Part shown: piece after piece, positions 18,837 to 28,896 of the stretch
Numbering within the stretch: the stretch's first letter is position 1
How the letters are laid out: each line of letters starts with the position of its first letter
Source: Candidatus Puniceispirillales bacterium
Lineage (GTDB): Bacteria > Pseudomonadota > Alphaproteobacteria > Puniceispirillales > UBA1172
Reading direction: 5' to 3'
Assembly (NCBI GenBank): GCA_965660675.1
Contig: CBFIAU010000011.1
Coordinates: 12,379 to 76,378 of the forward strand
Length of the DNA: 64,000 nt
The notes under the pieces: generated by a model
What the model was told of the DNA's origin: nothing
Database searches by the model: none
The model's input: the letters and a program-made list of their open reading frames with translations, nothing else
Translations under genes and position numbers: made by a program

Positions 18837-18892
18837 CTCAATATTATGATTTAGAGCGTACTGGCTCAATATTACGATTTAAAGCTTACTGG
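18837..18892. repeat. 28-nt x2 tandem duplication spanning the rpmB stop codon
   Basis: CTCAATATTATGATTTAGAGCGTACTGG / CTCAATATTACGATTTAAAGCTTACTGG (3 mismatches). The second unit contains the rpmB stop (18886-18888) and its last codons. Confidence 0.9.
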
Positions 18893-19173
18893 CTAGCGAG
18901 AGCAGCTTTGATGGCGCGCTTAACGTGAATGGCGTTATCGCTTAGGTTCTCGTCTTTAGCAGATAGCAGAAAGGCATCAATGCCGCCGGTTTTTTCAACC
19001 GTACGAATAGCATTTGTAGACACCCGGAAAGACACAGACTTGCCCAGGGCATCACTTGTCATGGATGAGTTTTGCAAGTTTGGCAGAAAGCGACGGCGAG
19101 TCCGATTTTTTGCATGGCTGACATTGTTGCCAGTCATTACACCTTTACCAGTCAATTCACAGCGACGGGACAT
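18886..19173 (-). CDS. rpmB: 50S ribosomal protein L28
   Basis: [34 protein letters not shown]. Confidence 0.95.
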   Translation of the reverse strand: MSRRCELTGKGVMTGNNVSHAKNRTRRRFLPNLQNSSMTSDALGKSVSFRVSTNAIRTVEKTGGIDAFLLSAKDENLSDNAIHVKRAIKAALASQ

Positions 19174-19315
19174 CTTAAACTCCTCACATATGCTTTATGC
19201 AGACTTAATCGTTTCAATCAGGGGTATTAACGCATCCAACACCAATCGTCAAGCTAAGTTATTGATTTTTTACCCATCCACATGACATCACCATATGATA
19301 TGAAAGCGTTTATTT

Positions 19316-19339
19316 CATACTATGTTTTAATATAGTATG
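19316..19339. promoter_or_regulatory. Perfect 8-bp inverted repeat (CATACTAT-N8-ATAGTATG) 58 nt upstream of the RHH gene; candidate operator
   Basis: Read directly. Sits in the rpmB / RHH divergent intergenic region. Any function is inferred only. Confidence 0.35.
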
Positions 19340-19396
19340 TTATACTAAGATATAGAGGATGCTTGAGGTTTTAACACATGTACCTGATTATGAATC

Positions 19397-19759
19397 ATGA
19401 AAAAGTCAAATCCTGATGATCCGGGTGACTATGTGGTTAACCCTATAACAAAACTAAAACGCAATGTTACGATTGACCAGCGTCGCACGACATTGATGCT
19501 AGAGCAGGAAATCTGGACGATTTTGGATGAGCTCGCGCGCGAAGAAGGGTTAACCCTTGATGAGCTATGCAATAAAATCCATCATTTCCATGACGGCTCT
19601 GAAAGTATCAGTTCGGTTTTGCGCATTATTGCTGTACTAGCCTGCCGTATCAATCCGGCGAATACATCACCGCATGATCAAAACTTTCACCAAACCCAGA
19701 TGGAGTTTCCATCACGTTTGCATCAGGCTTTGAGCCGGCTTAACCCTTTATCCTCATAA
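19397..19759 (+). CDS. Ribbon-helix-helix domain protein (RHH_4-like, a family often mislabelled aryl-sulfate sulfotransferase)
   Basis: RNVTIDQRRTTLMLEQEIWTILDELAREEGLTLDELCNKI...ISSVLRIIAVL fits the RHH_4 pattern (x-TS-x-LE-x-FW...L...NLSSAlRl) as I recall it. Confidence 0.6.
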   Translation: MKKSNPDDPGDYVVNPITKLKRNVTIDQRRTTLMLEQEIWTILDELAREEGLTLDELCNKIHHFHDGSESISSVLRIIAVLACRINPANTSPHDQNFHQTQMEFPSRLHQALSRLNPLSS

Positions 19760-19777
19760 GGGTATTTATCATCGGCA

Positions 19778-20917
19778 TTATCCACTAATACGGTCAGTTA
19801 TGCGGCCGCTCATCTTGAGGGCTTCGGCGGCATCCGTCACCTGCCCTACCGCATCTGTGATGTGTTTCACGCCATCTCTTGCTAATAACGCATCAAGGCC
19901 GTGAATAATCTCGCCAATAATATGTGAGCCTTGCAGAGCCAGCGCTGTATAAAGCTGTATCAAATTAGCGCCAGCCAGAATCTTGGCATAAGCCGCCGCC
20001 GCATTATCAATGCCGCCAACACCGATGAGCGGAATATGCTTTGGTAATCGCGATCTTGCCAAGGCTAGCCATTGGGTTGACGATAACAGTAACGGCGCCC
20101 CGGATAACCCGCCTTGTTGGTCTTTATTTGGTGATGTTAAGCTATCTGGCCTGCTAATAGTTGTGTTTGTCAAAATCACACCCGATGCGCCCATATCAGG
20201 AAGCCGCTCAAGAACCGCCAGAAAATCAGCTTCGTTCATATCGGGGGCAAGCTTAATCAGTACTGGCAGATGGGCGCGATCCAAGCCCGATTTTACCGCT
20301 GCCATAATCTCCGCCAAGATGGACGGGGTTTGCATATCACGCAACCCAGGCGTATTTGGCGACGATACATTTACCGTGATATAATCCGCATATGGCGATA
20401 AGATTGCGCTTGTTGCGGCATAATCAGCAATACGATCAAGGCTATCTTTATTTGCCCCAATATTAACACCCAGAATATGACGCTGACCAGCGCTCGTTTT
20501 CCGCCATTTGCTGAGCCTGGTTTTGGCCTGTTCCGCCCCATCGTTATTGAACCCATAACGATTAATGACGGCAGCATCAGATGACAGACGAAAGACTCTT
20601 GGCTTAGGGTTTCCGGATTGCGGTTTTGGGGTAATTGTGCCGACTTCAACATATCCAAATCCTAGCCGGAATGCCCCTGCCATAGCTTCGGCGTTTTTAT
20701 CAAAACCTGCCGCCAGACCTAACGGATTGGAGAAGCGGAGGCCAAGGCAATCCTGATCAAGCCGTGATGCGGTGTGTTGATTGGCAAAACCTTGATTGGC
20801 TAAACCTTGATTGGCTGAAGTTGGTACCAGCCCATAAGACATTGCCCAGATGGCCAAACGATGCGCAGCTTCGGCAGGCAGGCGATGCGCAAGTGAAGTG
20901 GCAAGCCTGCTGATCAC
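19778..20917 (-). CDS. pyrD: Dihydroorotate dehydrogenase (quinone), class 2
   Basis: GTG start. LPAEAAHRLAIWA..., FSNPLGLAAGFDKN, VNIGANK, GVGGI. Contains an in-frame ANQG repeat. GTGA overlap with the upstream lysK stop. Confidence 0.92.
   Translation of the reverse strand: MISRLATSLAHRLPAEAAHRLAIWAMSYGLVPTSANQGLANQGFANQHTASRLDQDCLGLRFSNPLGLAAGFDKNAEAMAGAFRLGFGYVEVGTITPKPQSGNPKPRVFRLSSDAAVINRYGFNNDGAEQAKTRLSKWRKTSAGQRHILGVNIGANKDSLDRIADYAATSAILSPYADYITVNVSSPNTPGLRDMQTPSILAEIMAAVKSGLDRAHLPVLIKLAPDMNEADFLAVLERLPDMGASGVILTNTTISRPDSLTSPNKDQQGGLSGAPLLLSSTQWLALARSRLPKHIPLIGVGGIDNAAAAYAKILAGANLIQLYTALALQGSHIIGEIIHGLDALLARDGVKHITDAVGQVTDAAEALKMSGRITDRISG
20777..20820 (-). repeat. In-frame 15-nt tandem repeat (~2.9 units) in the pyrD N-terminal region (ANQGL/ANQGF/ANQ)
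   Basis: Plus strand: TTGATTGGCAAAACC / TTGATTGGCTAAACC / TTGATTGGCTGAAG. Confidence 0.85.
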
Positions 20918-22524
20918 TCGGCATCTCCTGCCAATGTTCCACTCACCGCCTGGCTAATTAATTCCTGCATGGCGTCCATGCCATATAATTTGATAAATGA
21001 TCCCATCCGCGGGCCTTCATCCTGCCCAAGCAGAACCTGATATAGACAAGAAAACCAGTTCCGCAATGGCTCATATCCGGCGGCTTTACCCACGGCAAAT
21101 ACCGCCGACTGAATATCCTCTGCTTCGGCATCATGCGGCAGATCAGCCAAGGCACTAGCCAGCGTTTGAAGATGTTTGATCTCATCTGCGCTGGGGATGC
21201 GGTAATGTTTATTGGGGCGCACTCTGTCCTGATAATAGGTCACGGCATAATCGACCAGTGTTGCCAATTCAGGATGTGTAGCGGGGCTTACATCTGCTGC
21301 ATATTGTTTCAGATACCCCCAGATCACTTCTGCTGTTTCGGCCTGACAAACACCAGCCAGATTTAGCAATAGCGAAAAGCTGACCGGGATGTGGGATGCC
21401 GACACATCACCTTTATGAATATGCCAGACAGGATTATCAATTTGCGCTGCATCCTCTTGCTTCGCATAGGCCGCAAGATGGCTGTAATATTCATCCACCA
21501 TCTTTGGCACAACATCAAAATACAGCCGTTTCGCGCGTTTTGGTTGATTATACATGAAAAGTGATAGCGATTCGGCTGTCCCATAGGTTAGCCATTCATC
21601 AACACTTAACCCATTGCCACGTGATTTTGATATTTTCTCACCATTCTGATCAAGAAACAGCTCATAAGAAAAGCCTGCAGGCGGGGTGCCGCCCATAATA
21701 TTGGTGATCTTTGATGATAGTTTGACGGATTCGCTCAAGTCCTTGCCGCTCATTTCATAGTCAATGCCAAGGGCAAACCACCGCATCGCCCAGTCGCATT
21801 TCCACTGCAATTTGACCTGCCCCCCAGCAACGCCGGTGATCACGGTTTCATGCGTGTCGGGATCACTATAAGTAATCTTCCCCTGGGCTGGATCGATATT
21901 AGTAATCGGCACCTGAAGCACCTGTCCAGTGCGCTTACAGATTGGCAGAAACGGGCTATAAGTTGCCTTTCTTTCCTCACCAAGAGTTGGCAAAACGACA
22001 TTAATAATGCTGTCATATTTTTCGAGAATACGCTGAAGCGCAGCATCAAACTGGCCAGATTGATAGCATGTTGTTGCTGAATAAAACTCATACTCAAAGC
22101 CAAAGCTATCCAGAAAAGCGCAAAGCCGCGCATTATTATGCGCGCCAAAGCTTTCATGCGTTCCAAATGGGTCAGGCACTTGCGTCAGCGGCTTCCCCAG
22201 ATGTTCAGCCAGAAGCGCTTTATTGGGGACGTTATCGGGGACTTTGCGAAGCCCATCCATATCATCTGAAAAACAAATTAGCCGCGTTGGTTTTCCTGTC
22301 AGTATCTCAAAAGCGCGGCGCACCATAGATGTTCGCACAACCTCACCGAATGTGCCAATATGCGGCAAACCAGAAGGCCCATAGCCAGTTTCAAAAATGA
22401 CTTCATAATCATCTGCAACTGCCATTTTTTTGAGCCGGTCAATCAGCAAGCGCGCTTCGGCAAACGGCCACGCCTTTGCATCCTTGGCAAGAGAGGAAAG
22501 AGATGATGAAGAAACGGATACCAT
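20914..22524 (-). CDS. lysK: Class I lysyl-tRNA synthetase
   Basis: 536 aa. HIGH-type motif PHIGTFGEV and KMSKS-type motif KISKSRG. Class I LysRS is known in many Alphaproteobacteria. Confidence 0.9.
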   Translation of the reverse strand: MVSVSSSSLSSLAKDAKAWPFAEARLLIDRLKKMAVADDYEVIFETGYGPSGLPHIGTFGEVVRTSMVRRAFEILTGKPTRLICFSDDMDGLRKVPDNVPNKALLAEHLGKPLTQVPDPFGTHESFGAHNNARLCAFLDSFGFEYEFYSATTCYQSGQFDAALQRILEKYDSIINVVLPTLGEERKATYSPFLPICKRTGQVLQVPITNIDPAQGKITYSDPDTHETVITGVAGGQVKLQWKCDWAMRWFALGIDYEMSGKDLSESVKLSSKITNIMGGTPPAGFSYELFLDQNGEKISKSRGNGLSVDEWLTYGTAESLSLFMYNQPKRAKRLYFDVVPKMVDEYYSHLAAYAKQEDAAQIDNPVWHIHKGDVSASHIPVSFSLLLNLAGVCQAETAEVIWGYLKQYAADVSPATHPELATLVDYAVTYYQDRVRPNKHYRIPSADEIKHLQTLASALADLPHDAEAEDIQSAVFAVGKAAGYEPLRNWFSCLYQVLLGQDEGPRMGSFIKLYGMDAMQELISQAVSGTLAGDAE

Positions 22525-22666
22525 AATATGTCACAATCGGGTTTGAAAATACTGCTGAAAGCGATAGTTAAGGGGAAGTAGCCCCAGCGTCAATAGGGAT
22601 ACTGCGCCTTGACGAAAACTTTGCTATGATAGCCTTCATCCCAAGCTCGGAGCAATCACAAGTATT

Positions 22667-25465
22667 ATGACCGCATTCCCCCCCTTGCAACTGGCTGCGA
22701 TTATGCCAATGCCAGATCATGTTATCTGGGTTGGAGCCGATGGTGATATTGAGCAAATTAGCCATAAGGACGCTGGCGATAGGCTGGATCATGAACCTGT
22801 TCTGTTTTGTCATCGGCGCTGGACGATGAGCAAGCTGAAATATAATCAAGACCGGTTATCAGGATTAGATTTGCTCGAATTATATGCCTTTGTTCACCCT
22901 GCCCGATTTGCTGTGCCAACCGCAACCGGATTAGCGACAGCTCTTGGCCTGACCAGATATGAAGATGCCGAAGATCAGACAATATTAATGCCTGTCATAG
23001 CCAACAGCCTAATAGAACAAATCAGCGCTTGGCCCGAAGACCAGCGAGATATTGCTATTTCCATTGCGCGCTTTATGGCATCAGGAGGCTGGGGGTGGGC
23101 GCCGATGGTACTTAATGCGTGCGGCCACAATATGCCTGCCGCCGCGCCGCCACAAAGCCGCGATGCCGCGATCTGGACAAGGCTGGATGAAACCCCCGAT
23201 TATGGCACACCGCCACCTGCCGGGGTGAAGCCCGTCGCGGCAAAAGACATGCAAGCGCGGCTCAAGCATATGTTGGGCGGAAGGCGCGTTCGTGATGGCC
23301 AAATGGCCTATGCAGATAGCTTACTGCCAGCCTTTGATCCGCCTTCAAAGCAAGCCAGTGATACGGCTGATGCGGACGCAAATCATAAGGGCAATCCGCA
23401 TGTCATCATGGCTGAGGCAGGAACAGGAACTGGCAAAACCCTTGGTTATCTAGCCCCAGCTTCGGTCTGGGCAGAACATAATATGGCGCCAGTTTGGGTG
23501 TCAACATATACGCGCAGTCTGCAGCATCAGATTGAAACCGAAATGGGGCGTTTATACGCTGATCCAGCAGAAAGAGAAAACCGTATCGTCATCAGGAAGG
23601 GCCGTGAGAACTATCTTTGTCTGCTTAATCTGGAAGATGCCTTAAATGCTGCCTCAGCAACGCCTCGCAATGCTATCGGGCTGGGCTTGATGGCGCGATG
23701 GGCAGAAGCCAGTGGCGATGGCGATCTGACAGGATCAAAGTTTCCGGCCTGGCTGACAGACTTATTTGGATATGGACTGACGCTAGGGCTTTCTGATCGC
23801 CGCGGGGAATGTATCCATTCTGCCTGTTTCCATTATCAGAAATGTTATGTTGAAAAAAACCGCGCCCGCGCCAGCATCAGTGATATCGTTATCGCCAATC
23901 ATGCGCTTGTGATGATCAATGGCGTGATGAATAAACTAGCCCCACAGCCAGATGGACAACGCATTAGCCGCTATGTATTTGATGAAGGTCATCATATCTT
24001 TGATGCTGCGGATAGTGCTTTTGCTGCTGCCCTTAGTGGAGCGGAGACGGCTGATATGCGGCGCTGGATTAGAGGCGCAGAACAAAGCCGTGGCAATCGC
24101 CGGCAACGCGGGATACGGCAACGCTTAGGTGATCTGCTGGAGGCGGGAAGCCCGGCTATGGACGATCTGGAACAGGCCTTCAAAGCGGCTAGCCTATTAC
24201 CGGCAACGGGCTGGCGAAAACGGCTTACAGATGGTGAACCTCACGGTATTATTGAGGAGTTTTTTTATCATGTCCGGCAGGTGATTTACGATCGCATTGA
24301 TCAACCAGAAAGCCTTTATAGCCTTGAGGCACAGCTGCACCCCATTGACTCAAGATTAGCGCCATTAATTGCCCCATTGCGGCAAGCTCTGGCCGAAGTC
24401 GCCATGCCGTTAATGCGGCTTGCCGAACGGCTTAAAAGCAAACTCGCTGATGAAAGCGAGACTCTGGATACATCAGCACGGCAACGGCTGGAAGGCTCGG
24501 TGCGAGGATTAGTAAGCCGGGCGTCGGGGCCATTGGCGGCATGGATTGATCTGCTTGATGGAATTAGCAATGGCGGCGCGGATGGCTTTGTTGACTGGAT
24601 GGAGGCGACGCGCCGCATGGGTGAAGATACGGATATCGGTATCCACCGGCACTGGGTTGACCCATCACAGCCTTTTCATGATCATGTCCTGGCGCCATCT
24701 AAAGGTGCTATCATCACATCAGCGACCTTGACTGACCGCACAGACCCGCATCATGATCAGCCTGATGAAGCGGCATGGAATATGGCTAAGCGTTTAACCG
24801 GCGTAAGCTATCTTGATCAGCCGCCACAACTTATCTCTGTTGCCTCGCCGTTTGATTACGCCGAACAAGCGCGGGTTTTTGTTATCAGTGATTGTGACCG
24901 CAATGATCTGCGCCAGACGATTGCCGCTATGTCGACATTGATGCTAGCCGCAAATGGTGGCGCGCTTGGGCTATTCACCGCGATTAGTCGGCTGAAAGCG
25001 GTTTATCCTGATCTCTCGCATGAGCTGAGCGAAGCGGGATTTCCACTTTATGCACAGCATATCGATGCCATGAACTTAAACACCTTGTTGCAGATTTTCA
25101 GAGCTGACCCAGCATCTTGCTTGCTCGGAACAGATGCTGTCCGAGATGGCTTGGATGTGCCGGGGGAGGCGCTTCGGCTTATTCTGTTTGATCGGGTGCC
25201 ATGGCCACGGCCTGATATGCTGTTCAAAGCCCGGGCTAGTGTTTTTGGTCGGGAAGCATGGACAGATCGCCTAACCCGCATGAAGTTACGACAAGCCTTT
25301 GGTCGCCTGATCCGCCGTGAGACCGATAAAGGCGTGTTTGTTATGCTTGATAGCCGCCTGCCAACACGGCTGACCAGCGCCTTTCCAGCTGGAACACCGG
25401 TTATCCGATGCGGCTTAGCCGAGGCCATAAAACAGACTAAATCTTTTCTGGCAGACTTATCTTAG
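22667..25465 (+). CDS. DinG/XPD-family (Rad3-related) Fe-S DNA helicase with a ~240-aa N-terminal extension
   Basis: Walker A AEAGTGTGKTLGY, DEAH-like FDEGHHIFDA. Four Cys (YLCL, GECIHSACFHYQKCY) in the Fe-S insert position. Start uncertain. Confidence 0.8.
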   Translation: MTAFPPLQLAAIMPMPDHVIWVGADGDIEQISHKDAGDRLDHEPVLFCHRRWTMSKLKYNQDRLSGLDLLELYAFVHPARFAVPTATGLATALGLTRYEDAEDQTILMPVIANSLIEQISAWPEDQRDIAISIARFMASGGWGWAPMVLNACGHNMPAAAPPQSRDAAIWTRLDETPDYGTPPPAGVKPVAAKDMQARLKHMLGGRRVRDGQMAYADSLLPAFDPPSKQASDTADADANHKGNPHVIMAEAGTGTGKTLGYLAPASVWAEHNMAPVWVSTYTRSLQHQIETEMGRLYADPAERENRIVIRKGRENYLCLLNLEDALNAASATPRNAIGLGLMARWAEASGDGDLTGSKFPAWLTDLFGYGLTLGLSDRRGECIHSACFHYQKCYVEKNRARASISDIVIANHALVMINGVMNKLAPQPDGQRISRYVFDEGHHIFDAADSAFAAALSGAETADMRRWIRGAEQSRGNRRQRGIRQRLGDLLEAGSPAMDDLEQAFKAASLLPATGWRKRLTDGEPHGIIEEFFYHVRQVIYDRIDQPESLYSLEAQLHPIDSRLAPLIAPLRQALAEVAMPLMRLAERLKSKLADESETLDTSARQRLEGSVRGLVSRASGPLAAWIDLLDGISNGGADGFVDWMEATRRMGEDTDIGIHRHWVDPSQPFHDHVLAPSKGAIITSATLTDRTDPHHDQPDEAAWNMAKRLTGVSYLDQPPQLISVASPFDYAEQARVFVISDCDRNDLRQTIAAMSTLMLAANGGALGLFTAISRLKAVYPDLSHELSEAGFPLYAQHIDAMNLNTLLQIFRADPASCLLGTDAVRDGLDVPGEALRLILFDRVPWPRPDMLFKARASVFGREAWTDRLTRMKLRQAFGRLIRRETDKGVFVMLDSRLPTRLTSAFPAGTPVIRCGLAEAIKQTKSFLADLS

Positions 25466-25481
25466 CAAAAGAATAAAGCGC

Positions 25482-25509
25482 AAAAAAGCCGGGGATAACC
25501 CCGGCTTTT
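25482..25509. terminator. Bidirectional rho-independent terminator between the convergent helicase gene and groEL
   Basis: AAAAAAGCCGGGG-ATAA-CCCCGGCTTTT: 8-bp GC-rich stem, A-run on one side and T-run on the other. Confidence 0.85.
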
Positions 25510-25535
25510 CGTATACATATATAAGGTGTGGGTTA

Positions 25536-27197
<1,662 letters not shown>

Positions 27198-27262
27198 TCA
27201 TGTCTTTCTGCATTATAACTTCCGTGTTAAGTGGGGTCGTCAGGGGTATTCCTTTGGTAATA

Positions 27263-27288
27263 TCTCTATGAGATGTCTCTATGAGATG
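27263..27288. repeat. Perfect 13-nt x2 tandem duplication in the groES-groEL spacer
   Basis: TCTCTATGAGATG TCTCTATGAGATG read directly. Confidence 0.9.
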
Positions 27289-27301
27289 TTTTAAAGGAAA
27301 T

Positions 27302-27589
27302 TTATGCCATGACGCCAAGAATGTCTGATTCACGCATGATCAAATATTCAGTACCGTCGATTTTTACTTCGGTGCCAGAATATTTGCCAAACAGAACAGA
27401 ATCACCTGTTTTAACATCTAATTCTACCAGTTTGCCGGTTTCATCACGGCTACCTGCACCAACAGCTTTGACAACACCCTGCATAGGCTTTTCTTTAGCG
27501 GTATCAGGAATGATAATGCCGCTAGCCGTTTTGGTTTCCTGTTCTACGCGCTCAACTAGAACGCGATCATGAAGTGGCCTGAATTTCAT
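27302..27589 (-). CDS. groES: Co-chaperonin GroES
   Basis: [35 protein letters not shown]. Confidence 0.98.
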   Translation of the reverse strand: MKFRPLHDRVLVERVEQETKTASGIIIPDTAKEKPMQGVVKAVGAGSRDETGKLVELDVKTGDSVLFGKYSGTEVKIDGTEYLIMRESDILGVMA

Positions 27590-27635
27590 GCCAGTCTCTC
27601 CTCATCATTTATATCAAATAAGCGTTTTGCTTAAA

Positions 27636-27662
27636 CTAGCACTCTCATCATGACAGTGCTAA
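27636..27662 (-). promoter_or_regulatory. CIRCE operator (HrcA binding site) upstream of groES
   Basis: CTAGCACTC-TCATCATGA-CAGTGCTAA versus the consensus TTAGCACTC-N9-GAGTGCTAA (one mismatch per arm). Lies 47-73 nt upstream of the groES ATG. Confidence 0.85.
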
Positions 27663-27677
27663 CCTACGTTGTGAGAC

Positions 27678-27706
27678 ATATGGGCATAGATGCTATCGCT
27701 GTCAAG
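27678..27706 (-). promoter_or_regulatory. Candidate heat-shock (sigma32-like) or sigma70 promoter of groESL
   Basis: The minus strand reads CTTGACA-N14-GCCCATAT just upstream of CIRCE, resembling CTTGAAA-N13-15-CCCCATNT. Not verified. Confidence 0.45.
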
Positions 27707-27842
27707 ATAATTCAAATATTTTATCAATAATTTCATATGCGCGTTGATCTGCCACGCCCTTGGCTATTGTCTTCTGCTTGGCAAGCCGCTAACGGTTTCT
27801 TAATTAAACGTGAGGTTACCATGTCTGAAAGTTTGTTATTTT

Positions 27843-28877
27843 ATGGATAGATCAGCTAACCCATCCGTCATCATCTGGCTAGCAGGTGTTGCTATTATGG
27901 TGTTTGTGATGATTGCTATTGGCGGCATCACAAGGCTGACCGATAGCGGGCTATCTATGGTGGAATGGCGGCCATTGATTGGGACTTTGCCGCCATTAAC
28001 TGAGGCAGAATGGCTAAGGGTTTTCACGCTTTATCAGCAATCACCCGAATATCAGAAAATCAATGCCGGGATGGATTTATCAGCGTTTAAGTGGATATTT
28101 TTTTGGGAATATCTACATCGCTTATTTGGCCGCATGATCGGATTAGTGTTCATCCTACCCTTAATCTGGTTTGCCCTCAGTCGGCAATTGCCCGATGGAT
28201 ATGGCAGGCGGTTTTTGATCTTGCTTGGTCTGGGCGCAACCCAAGGCGTTGTCGGCTGGTGGATGGTAAAATCTGGATTAGTCGATGATCCTTATGTATC
28301 CGCCTACCGTCTGGCCACCCATCTTGGAATTGCGTTAACAATATTAGGGGTTCTGGTATGGACAATTGCTGATTTGATGCATGGCCGTGCCGCGCTGCCC
28401 CGTGGGCATATAGCAGGTGTCATTGGTATCTTGGCCCTGACGATTGTTGCTGGGGCTTTTGTTGCCGGAATGAATGCTGGCTTGATCTATAATGAATATC
28501 CACTCATGGGCGGAAAATTGGTGCCAATTGAATATGGGTTTTATGGTTTTATGGACCCGTTCGAGAACCCAGCTTCTGCGCAGTTTCATCACCGCTGGAT
28601 TGCCGTGCTAGCGGTGCTTGGCGTCTTCAGTCTCTACATGAGAGCGCGGAAAACCAGCCGCAACGGGGCTAACCTCAGGCTATCCTCAAACATGATGATG
28701 CTTGCCGTGGGGGCGCAATTTGTGCTTGGCATCGCAACCTTGCTTTACCAGGTTCCTGTCAGCTTAGGCACTCTCCACCAAGCTGGAGCAGCGTTTCTTC
28801 TGATCACTGTGATATGGGTCTCACATGGTCTGATGGGGCAAATGCATCATAAGACCATAATAAGTATGCGCGTTTAG
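27843..28877 (+). CDS. ctaA: Heme A synthase (COX15/CtaA)
   Basis: Trimmed to ATG 27843. ITRLTDSGLSMVEWRPLIGTLPP, EYLHRL, several TM helices with conserved His. Confidence 0.88.
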   Translation: MDRSANPSVIIWLAGVAIMVFVMIAIGGITRLTDSGLSMVEWRPLIGTLPPLTEAEWLRVFTLYQQSPEYQKINAGMDLSAFKWIFFWEYLHRLFGRMIGLVFILPLIWFALSRQLPDGYGRRFLILLGLGATQGVVGWWMVKSGLVDDPYVSAYRLATHLGIALTILGVLVWTIADLMHGRAALPRGHIAGVIGILALTIVAGAFVAGMNAGLIYNEYPLMGGKLVPIEYGFYGFMDPFENPASAQFHHRWIAVLAVLGVFSLYMRARKTSRNGANLRLSSNMMMLAVGAQFVLGIATLLYQVPVSLGTLHQAGAAFLLITVIWVSHGLMGQMHHKTIISMRV

Positions 28878-28896
28878 AATAAGTATGCGCGTCTAG
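28859..28896. repeat. 19-nt x2 tandem duplication carrying the stop codons of both convergent genes ctaA and aspS
   Basis: AATAAGTATGCGCGTTTAG / AATAAGTATGCGCGTCTAG. Unit 1 ends in the ctaA TAG (28875-28877). The CTAG in unit 2 supplies the aspS stop (28893-28895, minus strand). Confidence 0.9.

Noticed and set aside
19174-19396. A hidden small toxin, DUF-type partner ORF or sRNA next to the stand-alone RHH gene.
   Set aside because: Reading the gap in all frames gave only very short ORFs (for example a 17-aa MTSPYDMKAFISYYVLI) with no RBS. No terminator-bounded structured element was seen.
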